NCBI GenBank assembly: GCA_021781795.1 | Contig: JAJXWA010000008.1 | Coordinates: 4,860-68,859 of the forward strand | Source of the DNA: Acidobacteriota bacterium | GTDB taxonomy: Bacteria > Acidobacteriota > Terriglobia > Terriglobales > Acidobacteriaceae | Direction of reading: 5' to 3' | Length of the DNA: 64,000 nucleotides | Shown: one piece after another, positions 9,747 to 18,733 of the stretch | How positions within the stretch are numbered: position 1 is the first letter of the stretch | Layout: every line of letters begins with the position of its first letter | Program-made: the position numbers and the translations under genes | Notes under the pieces: generated by a model | Database searches by the model: none | Told to the model about the DNA's origin: nothing | What the model saw: only the letters and a program-made list of their open reading frames with translations

Positions 9747-10771
9747 CGCGCGCCTGCCTTTCTCATCGCGGAGCGATAGGCCGCCACGTCGTGCGCATGC
9801 TGCTCCAGCGTGGCCGAGAAGACCGAATGCCCCTGCGGGTCATCGCCCGCTGCAACGAAATACAGATAGTCCGTCTTTGCCGGGTTCATCGCCGCCTGCA
9901 GCGACCGCAGGCCGGGGTTCGCAATCGGCCCCGGCGGAAGCCCGGCGTGCAGATACGTGTTGTACGGCGTGTCGCGCTTCAGGTCGCTCTGGTAAATCGC
10001 TCCGCGCCACTGCCCTTCCAACTCAAGCCCGTAGATCACCGACGGGTCGGTCATCAGCGGCATGTGATGCGCAAGGCGGTTGGCAAAGACGCTGGCCACC
10101 AGCGGACGCTCCGCGCCCACCGCAGTCTCCTTCTCCACCAGCGAGGCCATCGTCACCACGTCGTGCACATGCTCCTTCAACCCTGCCAGCGCCGCCTTCT
10201 GCCGAAAGCGCCGCACCATCGTCTCGCAGATATGATCCGCCGTAGCCTTACGCGGAAACCTGTAGGTATCGGGAAAGAGATACCCCTCCAGGCTGCGGGC
10301 CTCCGGATCCAGATCTGCCACGAGACTTGTGTCTCGGGCCTGAGCTTCGAGAAACGATTCCTTGGGTCCGAATCCCGCCTGCTCCAAACGCTCTGCGATG
10401 TCGAAAACCGTTGCTCCTTCCGGCACCATTACGGCCTTCGTGTAGACATCGCCGCGCGCAATCCTGTCATACACCTCGGTCACGGCAGCCGGATGGTCGA
10501 ACCGGTACTCACCTGCCAGCAGCCTGCCGCGCCGGATCCAACGCAGCACATCAAAGACAAACTGGTTTCGCACCACCCCCGCAGACTCAAGCTGCTGCCC
10601 AATCCGCAGCACGGACGAGCCCGGCTGAATCTCCACAAAGACCTCTGCCTGAGGACCGTACGGCGCCAGGAAACACCATGCGCCCCATCCCCCCAGCGCC
10701 AGAAGGGCCAGCAGCAGCACGGCAGGGCCGTACCGCTTTCTTTTCCTGCTCTTCCGCCTCTGGCTGCCCAT
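9743..10771 (-). CDS. mltG: Endolytic transglycosylase MltG
   Basis: N-terminal TM, LEGYLFPDTY, ASLVEKET (catalytic Glu), YNTYLHAGLPPGPIANPG, YLYFV. Start trimmed to ATG 10771. Confidence 0.95.
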   Translation of the reverse strand: MGSQRRKSRKRKRYGPAVLLLALLALGGWGAWCFLAPYGPQAEVFVEIQPGSSVLRIGQQLESAGVVRNQFVFDVLRWIRRGRLLAGEYRFDHPAAVTEVYDRIARGDVYTKAVMVPEGATVFDIAERLEQAGFGPKESFLEAQARDTSLVADLDPEARSLEGYLFPDTYRFPRKATADHICETMVRRFRQKAALAGLKEHVHDVVTMASLVEKETAVGAERPLVASVFANRLAHHMPLMTDPSVIYGLELEGQWRGAIYQSDLKRDTPYNTYLHAGLPPGPIANPGLRSLQAAMNPAKTDYLYFVAAGDDPQGHSVFSATLEQHAHDVAAYRSAMRKAGAR

Positions 10772-10908
10772 TCCCTGTCGCTGTTCCTTCTCCGATTGGA
10801 TGCTGGGCAAGTCCCAGAGAGTTCTGCAATTCCTTATTGTATCGGTCCTTAAGGTCTTCCGGCTGCCGTTTCCGCGGCGGGGGTAAGCTGGAGAAGAGGA
10901 GTCCCACG

Positions 10909-11424
10909 CTGAACCTGTCCACGAGTCAATCCGCGAGCCGATCCGGGCTAACCCGCTATCTCGCACTCGACGTCGGGGTGCGGCGCATCGGGGTCGCCGT
11001 CTCAGACGAGCTTGGACTCACCGCCCAGCCTGTTCTGACCCTCGACCTGCATCGCCACCCGTGCCCCAGCCCACGCGAGACGCTTCGCTCCATTGCCCGG
11101 CTCTGCCGCCGCTACGGAGTCTCCGGCATCGTAGTCGGGCTGCCGCTCCACATGTCCGGAAGCATGAGTCCACGGGCGGAGAAGGTCAAAGCCTTCGCCG
11201 CCGAACTTGAGACGCTCACCGGCCTGCCTATCCACCTGTGGGATGAGCGGCTTACCACGCAGGAGGCTCATGCCTTGCTCTACCAGGCCGGCCACGCCCG
11301 CCAGACGCACGAGAAGGTGGTGGATCAGGTCGCCGCGACGCTGATTCTGCAGTCGTTTCTGGACGAGCACTCACGCGCCTCCGATGCCGCGGCCCATAGC
11401 GATCCCGGCCCCGGCCAGCGTTGA
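10909..11424 (+). CDS. ruvX: Holliday junction resolvase-like / pre-16S rRNA nuclease RuvX (YqgF)
   Basis: LALDVGVRRIGVAVSD, VVGLPLHMSG, WDERLTT, VDQVAATLILQSFLD. Start uncertain (CTG at 10909 behind GAGGAG). Confidence 0.93.
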   Translation: MNLSTSQSASRSGLTRYLALDVGVRRIGVAVSDELGLTAQPVLTLDLHRHPCPSPRETLRSIARLCRRYGVSGIVVGLPLHMSGSMSPRAEKVKAFAAELETLTGLPIHLWDERLTTQEAHALLYQAGHARQTHEKVVDQVAATLILQSFLDEHSRASDAAAHSDPGPGQR

Positions 11425-11446
11425 GGCGCAGCCATCCACCACCGCG

Positions 11447-11452
11447 TATAAT
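11447..11452 (+). promoter_or_regulatory. Consensus -10 box (TATAAT) upstream of greA
   Basis: TATAAT 63 nt upstream of the greA ATG in a GC-rich background; no convincing -35. Confidence 0.5.
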
Positions 11453-11515
11453 GAGGGGATAGCTCGACGATTTCCCGCGGATTGAGCCTGTCGCTCCCCG
11501 CCCCTCGGAATCTGG

Positions 11516-12013
11516 ATGCCGGATCACATCAAAAAACAACTCCTCAAGGAGATCGCTCAGCTGGAACACGAGCTCGCGCACGAGTTGCCTGCTGAGATCA
11601 AGAAGGCCGTTGCCCTGGGTGATCTCTCGGAAAACGCCGAATACCACATGGCCAAGCAGCGTCAGGAATTTGTGAACGCCCGCCTCGGCCAGCTCAAGAA
11701 GCGGATGGCCGAGCTCTCCCTCGTCAACCTTGCCAATATTCCCAGGGACAAGGCCGGCTTCGGATCGACCGTGGTGGTTTACGACTCCACCAAGGACGAG
11801 GAGATCGTTTACAGGCTGGTTACGAGCGAGGAGTCCGATGTGGCGAAAGGCCTCATCTCGACCACCTCCCCCATCGGTCGCGGCCTTGTGGGCAAGCGCG
11901 TCGGCGATGTCGCTGCCATCGTGACCCCGAACGGCAAGCGGGAGCTCGAGGTGCTAAAGCTCACCACCATTCATGATGAAGCCGAAGAGGAAGAAAGCAC
12001 CGGCACGGAATAG
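11516..12013 (+). CDS. greA: Transcription elongation factor GreA/GreB family
   Basis: ALGDLSENAEYHMAK signature and ISTTSPIGRGLVGKRVGD. Confidence 0.93.
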   Translation: MPDHIKKQLLKEIAQLEHELAHELPAEIKKAVALGDLSENAEYHMAKQRQEFVNARLGQLKKRMAELSLVNLANIPRDKAGFGSTVVVYDSTKDEEIVYRLVTSEESDVAKGLISTTSPIGRGLVGKRVGDVAAIVTPNGKRELEVLKLTTIHDEAEEEESTGTE

Positions 12014-12030
12014 GAAGCAGGAAGACTTGT

Positions 12031-12669
12031 ATGACCTGGACTAGCGCGTTTGGCCGCGGGTGCGGCTGGCTTCTGGACCGCATTGTGCACGGCCTGGCGC
12101 TCACAAAGATTTCGCCGAACTTTCTCACCTTTATCGGCTTGGTGATCAACATCGCGGCGGCGTTCCTCTTCGGGCATGCCAACGCTTCCAACGCGGGCCG
12201 CATGTTCTTCTACGCCGGTCTGGTCATCTTCGGTGCCGGCATCTTCGACATGGTCGATGGCCGCGTCGCCCGCCGTAATAACCAGGTCACCGTCTTCGGC
12301 TCCTTCTTTGACTCCGTCATTGACCGCTACTCCGACGTCGTGCTCTTCTTCGGCCTCCTCGTTTACTATGGCCGTATCAACCGCTTCCGCTACGTGGTTT
12401 TAGTGGCCTTTGTCATGGTCACCTCGCTCATGGTCAGCTACACGCGCGCCCGCGCAGAGGCTCTCATCGGACAGTGCAAGGTCGGCTTCATGGAGCGGCC
12501 CGAGCGCATCGTGCTCATTCTGCTCGGCGCGCTGTTCAATCACTGGGGCGTGATGGCGCCGGTTCTGTGGGTGCTTGCGGTTCTTTCCACCATCACAGTG
12601 ATTCACCGCATCACTTATACCTACCAGAACACCAAGCACCTGGCCCCGCTCAGTACAGCCGCCCGCTGA
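12031..12669 (+). CDS. CDP-alcohol phosphatidyltransferase (PIP-synthase-like)
   Basis: SPNFLT, DMVDGRVAR...G...DSVIDRYSD signature, SYTRARAE...GFMERPER. Confidence 0.9.
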   Translation: MTWTSAFGRGCGWLLDRIVHGLALTKISPNFLTFIGLVINIAAAFLFGHANASNAGRMFFYAGLVIFGAGIFDMVDGRVARRNNQVTVFGSFFDSVIDRYSDVVLFFGLLVYYGRINRFRYVVLVAFVMVTSLMVSYTRARAEALIGQCKVGFMERPERIVLILLGALFNHWGVMAPVLWVLAVLSTITVIHRITYTYQNTKHLAPLSTAAR

Positions 12670-12708
12670 GGCTGGAGTCCTGCCGAAGTGTCCAGATCGG
12701 GTCCGCGC

Positions 12709-15087
12709 CTATCGAATCGTGGCCCGGACCTCTTGGCCTTCGTAAGCAATCTCCGCATCCGCGGAGTTCGTGACCGCCTCGCCAGTGCCCCGACCTGCAC
12801 CCACAAGCACCACACGAAACTTGCGCTTCTCCGTCATTCCTGGAAATGACCCCGCGCGCGCGCCGATGGTCAGCACCGAGTTTTGATCGTCCCACCGGAT
12901 CGGAATCAACGCATGCTCTCCGCGCTGGTAAGCGTAACCATCGCCCGCATCTTCGTAGAGATCGAACGACCCATCCGCGCCTCGATAGATGCGCAGCTCG
13001 ATCGGTCCCGCCGGGTCCTGCGCCGCGTACTCAATCTCCGGCCCCATGGGCAGAATCGATCCCGCGCGCACAAACAGCGGCATCCGGTCCAGCGGCGCAT
13101 CGGCGTCCAAATCCTGCCCGCCGGCAAAGGCCTTTCCGCTCCAGAAGTCGTACCATTTTGTCGCCGGCAAATAGACGTTCCGCTTGATTGCGCCCGCCTT
13201 CAGAACTGGGTTGACCAGAAGCGCCGGGCCAAACATGAACTCATCGCCCAGGTTCCACGTTCTTGCATCCGCGCGCCAATCCATCACCAGTGGCCGCTGG
13301 ATCGTGTAATCCTCGCTCGACACTTTCCATGCCAGCGAGTAGATGTACGGCATCAGCCGGTAGCGCAGCTTGTCATACTGCACCAGAATCGGCTCGACCT
13401 TGTCGTAGGTCCACATCTCGTTGTGCGGCCGGTGACCATGCGTCCGGAAGATTGGGCAGAACACGCCGAATTCAAACCAGCGGGCATACAGTTCCTGATA
13501 CGCAGGCTCTTCCAGCGAGCCCGGATAGGGCGGCCAGTAGCCGCCAATGTCCGTCGTCCAGTAGGGATAGCCCGACAAGGCAAAGTTCAGCCCCGCGGGA
13601 ACCTGGTGGCTGAACCCCCAGTAGGTGCTGTAGACATCTCCCGACCACACCGTGGCGCCGACCCTTTGCTGGCCCAGGAACGCCGAGCGTGTCAGCAGAA
13701 ACACCCTCTTGCTGTCGTTCGCTGCTTTCCAGTGCTGCTGCACGCCGAGCGTGTGCAGCAGCGGAAACACATTCGTGTATTCGGCGCCGTTGCCGATGGC
13801 CAGACGCTTGTTCCTCAGAATCGCATCGCCCATGTGCGGCCAGTACTCCTCCGGCTCTGCGCTGTCGAGCCAGAAGGCATCCCAGCCCTGCGCAAACAAC
13901 TTACCAGGTAGACGTTGCCAATAGGTGTCGCGCGCCTCTGGATTCGTCGCGTCGTAGACGTGCGCCTCCGGTATGAGCATGTGTTTCGCATCCAGCGCCT
14001 TATAGGTCTCCGAGTCCGCGTCAAGCAAGCCCCAGACCGAGATCATGGCATGAATATGGTCGCTGTGCAGTGCGTCCAGGTCCTTCGCTACATCGTGATA
14101 GTTGCCGTTGAACTCCGGGTCGCCTTCCCTCTTCCACCAGAACCAGTCCTGCACCATCGCATCCAGCGGAATATGCTCTGCGCGATACCGGCCGGCAATG
14201 TCGCGAATCTCATCCAGGGACACATAGCGATCCTTGGACTGGAAGAACCCATACGCCCACTTGGGCAGCATCGGCGCGTGCCCGGTCATGCTGCGGTATT
14301 CGTGGATGACCGTGTCCATCTCTGGTCCGTAAAGGAAGTAGTAGTCCACCGACCGGCCTGCGATCGAACTGAACGTCAGCTCCAGCGGGAAGCGGTTATC
14401 CACATACGTCATTGCGGCGGTGTTCCACATCAGCGCGTAGCCCTTGCTCGACATCAGGAAGGGAATCGCCACATCGGTGTTGTTCTGGCCCAGCTCGACG
14501 GTCGCGCCGCGGTAGTTGAACATCCCGTTCTGGTGCTGCCCCAGTCCATAGATGCCTTCCATCGCCGTGGGCGTGAAGCGGTCCGTCACGCGATAGGTCT
14601 GCTCGCCATTTCTCGTCACCGGCTCATAGGTGCGCGGAATCCGGTCGCCTTCCAGCAACAGCGTTTCTCCAGCAATCGCATGAAAGGACAGGTTGCCGCG
14701 CTCCAGACCGAAAGCCACATCCAGCGTCGCCGTCTTCAGATGTGCAGCCTTCCCATCCTGCGCATACGTGAACACAGCGCCTGGGCATGCCTCGTGCGCA
14801 TCCAGCATCCACGGGCGCGGCTCGGCCGCCGCTGCTGCAGCTTCGCCCGGACGCGCCACCACATGAATGACCGATGTATTGCACACGGTCACTTCCACGT
14901 GTTCCGCGCCGACTGTGGCCCGCAGACCATTCGGCATCTGGTGCACTGCGATCGGAGCCAGAGGAGGGGTGTTCTGCCCACAGAGTGGTCGCGCTGCAAA
15001 GAGGATGGATGCCAGCGCAATCATGCAGAGGAACAGCAAAGAATGAGAGACAGAAAAGGAAGGAGGCTTCACAGCACACCGATGCAT
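12709..15087 (-). CDS. Secreted GH31 glycosidase (alpha-xylosidase-like)
   Basis: YGLGQHQ, PKWAYGFFQSK, WLDSAEP nucleophile motif, WSGDV, TTDIGGY, FRTHG. Start placed at ATG 15087 behind GAGGTG. Confidence 0.9.
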   Translation of the reverse strand: MHRCAVKPPSFSVSHSLLFLCMIALASILFAARPLCGQNTPPLAPIAVHQMPNGLRATVGAEHVEVTVCNTSVIHVVARPGEAAAAAAEPRPWMLDAHEACPGAVFTYAQDGKAAHLKTATLDVAFGLERGNLSFHAIAGETLLLEGDRIPRTYEPVTRNGEQTYRVTDRFTPTAMEGIYGLGQHQNGMFNYRGATVELGQNNTDVAIPFLMSSKGYALMWNTAAMTYVDNRFPLELTFSSIAGRSVDYYFLYGPEMDTVIHEYRSMTGHAPMLPKWAYGFFQSKDRYVSLDEIRDIAGRYRAEHIPLDAMVQDWFWWKREGDPEFNGNYHDVAKDLDALHSDHIHAMISVWGLLDADSETYKALDAKHMLIPEAHVYDATNPEARDTYWQRLPGKLFAQGWDAFWLDSAEPEEYWPHMGDAILRNKRLAIGNGAEYTNVFPLLHTLGVQQHWKAANDSKRVFLLTRSAFLGQQRVGATVWSGDVYSTYWGFSHQVPAGLNFALSGYPYWTTDIGGYWPPYPGSLEEPAYQELYARWFEFGVFCPIFRTHGHRPHNEMWTYDKVEPILVQYDKLRYRLMPYIYSLAWKVSSEDYTIQRPLVMDWRADARTWNLGDEFMFGPALLVNPVLKAGAIKRNVYLPATKWYDFWSGKAFAGGQDLDADAPLDRMPLFVRAGSILPMGPEIEYAAQDPAGPIELRIYRGADGSFDLYEDAGDGYAYQRGEHALIPIRWDDQNSVLTIGARAGSFPGMTEKRKFRVVLVGAGRGTGEAVTNSADAEIAYEGQEVRATIR

Positions 15088-15201
15088 CGTTGGATTCACC
15101 TCGGCCATCGCGTGCATCCTATCACGCAGCAACCGTTGACTGGGAAAGATACACACACTGCGGGAATCGACGATGCACTGCTGCCAGCCGTGGACCGCGG
15201 C

Positions 15202-15816
15202 TCACTGGCTGGATGGAAACAGCGCATCGAAGATGCGCGCCAGAATCCGGCGCAGCCCTCGCTCCGAGAGGAGCTCCGGTTCAAAGTGGCTTTCCAGCAT
15301 AAGGCCGGAAAGAATCGGCCCCAGTGCAACGATGGCGAGCTCGTTATCGATCTTCTGCTCGCCGCGCAACGGTCCGAAGATTTCCGACTCGTCGGCTTCC
15401 CCTCTGCGCCCTTTCGCGAGTTCAAACGACTTGCGGAACCGCTGCTTCCACTCCGGATGGCGCAGCGCGAAGAGCTTAAACTCCAGAGTCAGGATGGGCC
15501 AGGTCGTGTCTTTCGCAAGCCCGACGTAGAAGGCGCGAAAGGCTGCGCGGCTCTCCGTCCGGCTGGTGCACTCCTTCAGGCTCGCGATCAGGGCATCAAT
15601 ATACGCGCGGGTCCGCTGCTCAAAGAGAACAAGGAACAGATCCTCTTTGCTCTTGAAGTGCGTGTAGACCGCCCCTTTGCTCCTGCCCGCCTTGGCGGCA
15701 ATCGCGTCGAGCTGCGCGGCCTCATATCCGTCACGCACAAAAACCTGCTCGGCGGCGTTGAGAAGCCGCGCCTGCGTCTCCTGGGTTCGAAGCTGTTGTT
15801 TACTGGGCGTTTGCAT
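15202..15816 (-). CDS. TetR/AcrR family regulator
   Basis: RLLNAAEQVFVRDGYEAAQLDAIAAKAGRSKGAVYTHFKSKEDLF HTH. Confidence 0.93.
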   Translation of the reverse strand: MQTPSKQQLRTQETQARLLNAAEQVFVRDGYEAAQLDAIAAKAGRSKGAVYTHFKSKEDLFLVLFEQRTRAYIDALIASLKECTSRTESRAAFRAFYVGLAKDTTWPILTLEFKLFALRHPEWKQRFRKSFELAKGRRGEADESEIFGPLRGEQKIDNELAIVALGPILSGLMLESHFEPELLSERGLRRILARIFDALFPSSQ

Positions 15817-15855
15817 GGGTGACTCCCTTCATTTAAGCACCCTTTCACTTCTCGG

Positions 15856-15884
15856 TTGACACAAAACTGACTGGTCGGTATCTT
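15856..15884 (+). promoter_or_regulatory. Sigma70 promoter of emrA with embedded TetR-type operator
   Basis: TTGACA-17 nt-TATCTT. Imperfect palindrome ACTGAC-TG-GTCGGT (15866-15879) in the spacer. ATG lies 7 nt after the -10. Confidence 0.7.
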
Positions 15885-15891
15885 TTTAATC

Positions 15892-17103
15892 ATGTCACAT
15901 GCCGCGACCCTCACCATGCCTCCGCAGAAAAAGACCGAGAGCAAGACCACGCGCCTCTATGTCGCCGGTCTCTCCGTGCTGCTGCTCTGCGTAGTTGCCA
16001 CGGGCTGGGGAGTGTACTCGCATGGATTCGAGTCGACGGATGACGCGCAGGTAGATGGGCATCTTAACGTTGCGAGCGCAAGAATCGGCGGGACCATTGC
16101 TGCGGTGCACGTCTCAGACAATCAGGTGGTGGAGGCCGGCCAGCCTCTCGTCGATCTTGACGATAGCGAACAGAAGGTTGCCTACGCGCAAGCCAAGGCG
16201 CAGTACGACCAGGCCGTCGCGCAGTTGCAGTCGCAGCGCCCCAATATCGCCATCACCGAGGCGGATAACGCCGAGGCAGCCGTTGCCGGCGATGCGCAGC
16301 TCGCGCAGGCCAGGGCCGCCCTAGCCGGAGCGTCGCAGGATCTCGCCAGCGCATCGGCAAAGCTGGCTGAGGCCGACGCCCTGCGCTCCCGCGACGATGC
16401 CGATCTCAGGCGCAATGAGCAGCTCTTTCAGGCTGGCGCGATCTCTCGCCAGGACTACGAGCGCGTTGTTGCCGCGGCTCACTCCTCCGACGCCAACGCG
16501 GTCGCGGCGCAAGCCGGGGTCGCGTCCGCAGAGAAGACCGTCGAGCAGCGCAAGGCCGATGTGGAAGCGCAGAGCGCGAAGCGGACCCAGATTACCCGCA
16601 CGGCTCCGCACCAGCTCGCCATCCGTCAGGCCGATCTTGCCACTGCTGAGGCTAACGTCGAGGTGGCCGCTGCGCAGTTGCAGCGCGCCGCTCTCAATCT
16701 CAGCTTCTGCCACATCGTCGCGCCGGTGCGCGGCATCGTTACGCAGCGCAGCGCCGAGATCGGCAATCGCGTCAGCGAAGCCCAGCCTCTCATGATGATC
16801 GTCGCCACCGGCGACACCTGGGTGACGGCCAACTTCAAGGAGACTCAGTTGACGCGCATGGAGGCCGGGCAGCGCGTTCGTGTCCATGTGGACGCGCTGA
16901 AGAAAGACCTTGAAGGGACCGTAGAAGGCATTCCCGCTATCACCGGCGCGCGCAGCAGCGTGCTGCCTCCGGAGAACGCCACCGGCAACTACATCAAGGT
17001 GGTGCAGCGTATGCCCGTTCGCATCCGCCTCAACCCCGGTCAGGATGAGCTGGACCGTCTCCATCCGGGAATGTCCGTTGAGGCGACTGTATGGCTCAGA
17101 TAA
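15892..17103 (+). CDS. emrA: EmrA/HlyD family membrane fusion protein
   Basis: STDDAQVDG, WVTANFKETQL, SVLPPENATGNYIKVVQRMPVRI. Confidence 0.92.
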   Translation: MSHAATLTMPPQKKTESKTTRLYVAGLSVLLLCVVATGWGVYSHGFESTDDAQVDGHLNVASARIGGTIAAVHVSDNQVVEAGQPLVDLDDSEQKVAYAQAKAQYDQAVAQLQSQRPNIAITEADNAEAAVAGDAQLAQARAALAGASQDLASASAKLAEADALRSRDDADLRRNEQLFQAGAISRQDYERVVAAAHSSDANAVAAQAGVASAEKTVEQRKADVEAQSAKRTQITRTAPHQLAIRQADLATAEANVEVAAAQLQRAALNLSFCHIVAPVRGIVTQRSAEIGNRVSEAQPLMMIVATGDTWVTANFKETQLTRMEAGQRVRVHVDALKKDLEGTVEGIPAITGARSSVLPPENATGNYIKVVQRMPVRIRLNPGQDELDRLHPGMSVEATVWLR

Positions 17104-18668
17104 CCGACCGGCCCCGATTCAATCCGTGGGTCATTGCCATGACGGTCACGCTGGCCACGTTCATGGAGGTGCTGGACACCTCCATCGCCAACGTCGCACT
17201 GCCGCATATTGCGGGCAACCTCGGCGCCACGGCGGACGAAAGCACGTGGGTGCAGACCAGCTATCTCGTCTCGAACGCCATCATTCTGCCTATGAGCGGC
17301 TGGCTTTCCACGCGCGTGGGTCGCAAGCGCTTCTACATGACCTGCGTCGTACTCTTCACACTGAGTTCGATGCTCTGCGGCCTCGCGACGAGCCTGCCCA
17401 TGCTGATTCTTTTTCGCGTCCTCCAGGGCCTTGGCGGCGGCGGACTCGGCCCGAGCGAGCAGGCCATCCTCGCCGACACCTTCACGCCGGAGCAGCGCAA
17501 CATGGGCTTTGCCATCTACGGCATGGCGATTGTCGTCGCCCCTGCCATCGGCCCCACGCTGGGCGGCTGGATTACCGATAACTACAGTTGGCACTGGATC
17601 TTCTTCATCAACGTGCCTATCGGCATCATCTCGCTGCTGCTCACCCAGCGCGTCGTCCACGATCCCCCTCATGTGCTGGAGGCCCGACAACGACGCGGGG
17701 ACAGTACGGACTACTTCGGAATCACCACCATCGTGCTCGGCGTCGGTTTCCTGCAATATGTGCTGGACAAGGGCGAGCAACTTGAGTGGTTTGATTCCGG
17801 CGTGATCCGCATCGCGTCCGCGGTCGCGGCACTCTCGCTGGTGGCCATGATCTGGCGCGAATGGACCTACGCGCATCCGGTCATCGAGCTTCGCCTGCTA
17901 TGTAAGCGCAACTTCGCCTCGGCAACGGTCTCCAACTTCACCCTGGGCATGGTCCTCAATGGGTCCACGATTCTGATTCCGCAGTTCCTGCAACTACAGC
18001 TTGGCTACACCGCGGAGCGCGCCGGGTGGGCGCTGTCGCCGGGCGGAATTGCGCTCGCCGTCCTCATGCCTGTCGCCGGCATTCTGGGCAGCAAGTTTGA
18101 TCCGCGCAAGGTCATCGCCGTCGGCTTCCTGCTCACTTCCGCCAGCATGTTCTGGATGATGCGCATCACGCCCGACATCGACTTCACGCACATCGTGTGG
18201 ATGCGAATCTTCCAGGTAGTCGGGCTGCCGCTGATCTTCATCCCCATCAGCACGCTCGCCTACGTAGGAATGCGGCAGCAGGACAACAATCAGGTCTCCG
18301 GCATCAGCAACTTTGCGCGCAACCTAGGCGGTGCCGTTGGCACCTCGTTCCTTGTCACCTACCTTACGCGCCATCGGCAGATCAGCCGTGTCGAGCTCGC
18401 TTCGCATCTTCATCGCGGCAATCCATTCTTCGATCGCTACTTCTCCGCCCTGCAGCAGTCTGCGGTGCTCACAGGCAGCAGCGTAGCCGATGCTGGGCAG
18501 CATGCGCTGGCGCAGCTTCAACAGATTGTCGATGCACAGGCTAATGTTTTGGCGTACATCAGCGCGTTCTTCGTCCTTGGGGTGATTGTCGCCCTGCTCA
18601 TTCCACTTCCATTCCTCATGAAGCGGCCGTCGTCCAATGAAATGACCGCCTCACAGGGAATGCACTAA
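17091..18668 (+). CDS. emrB: EmrB/DHA2 family MFS efflux permease
   Basis: LATFMEVLDTSIANVALPHIAG, FRVLQGLGGG, APAIGPTLGGWITDNYSWHWIFFINVPIG; about 14 TM helices. Confidence 0.92.
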   Translation: MAQITDRPRFNPWVIAMTVTLATFMEVLDTSIANVALPHIAGNLGATADESTWVQTSYLVSNAIILPMSGWLSTRVGRKRFYMTCVVLFTLSSMLCGLATSLPMLILFRVLQGLGGGGLGPSEQAILADTFTPEQRNMGFAIYGMAIVVAPAIGPTLGGWITDNYSWHWIFFINVPIGIISLLLTQRVVHDPPHVLEARQRRGDSTDYFGITTIVLGVGFLQYVLDKGEQLEWFDSGVIRIASAVAALSLVAMIWREWTYAHPVIELRLLCKRNFASATVSNFTLGMVLNGSTILIPQFLQLQLGYTAERAGWALSPGGIALAVLMPVAGILGSKFDPRKVIAVGFLLTSASMFWMMRITPDIDFTHIVWMRIFQVVGLPLIFIPISTLAYVGMRQQDNNQVSGISNFARNLGGAVGTSFLVTYLTRHRQISRVELASHLHRGNPFFDRYFSALQQSAVLTGSSVADAGQHALAQLQQIVDAQANVLAYISAFFVLGVIVALLIPLPFLMKRPSSNEMTASQGMH

Positions 18669-18733
18669 GATTGCGAATCGCAAGTGAAAGTCCAGAAGAC
18701 CCCCTGGTCAGAGACAGAAAGGCAATTCCTCTT

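Noticed and set aside
13915-15822. 635 aa plus-strand ORF, and similar long ORFs at 8793-9779, 43361-45250, 46406-47761 and 57723-59564
   Set aside because: Antisense or alternate-frame shadows of well-supported genes in GC-rich DNA, with no recognisable motifs.
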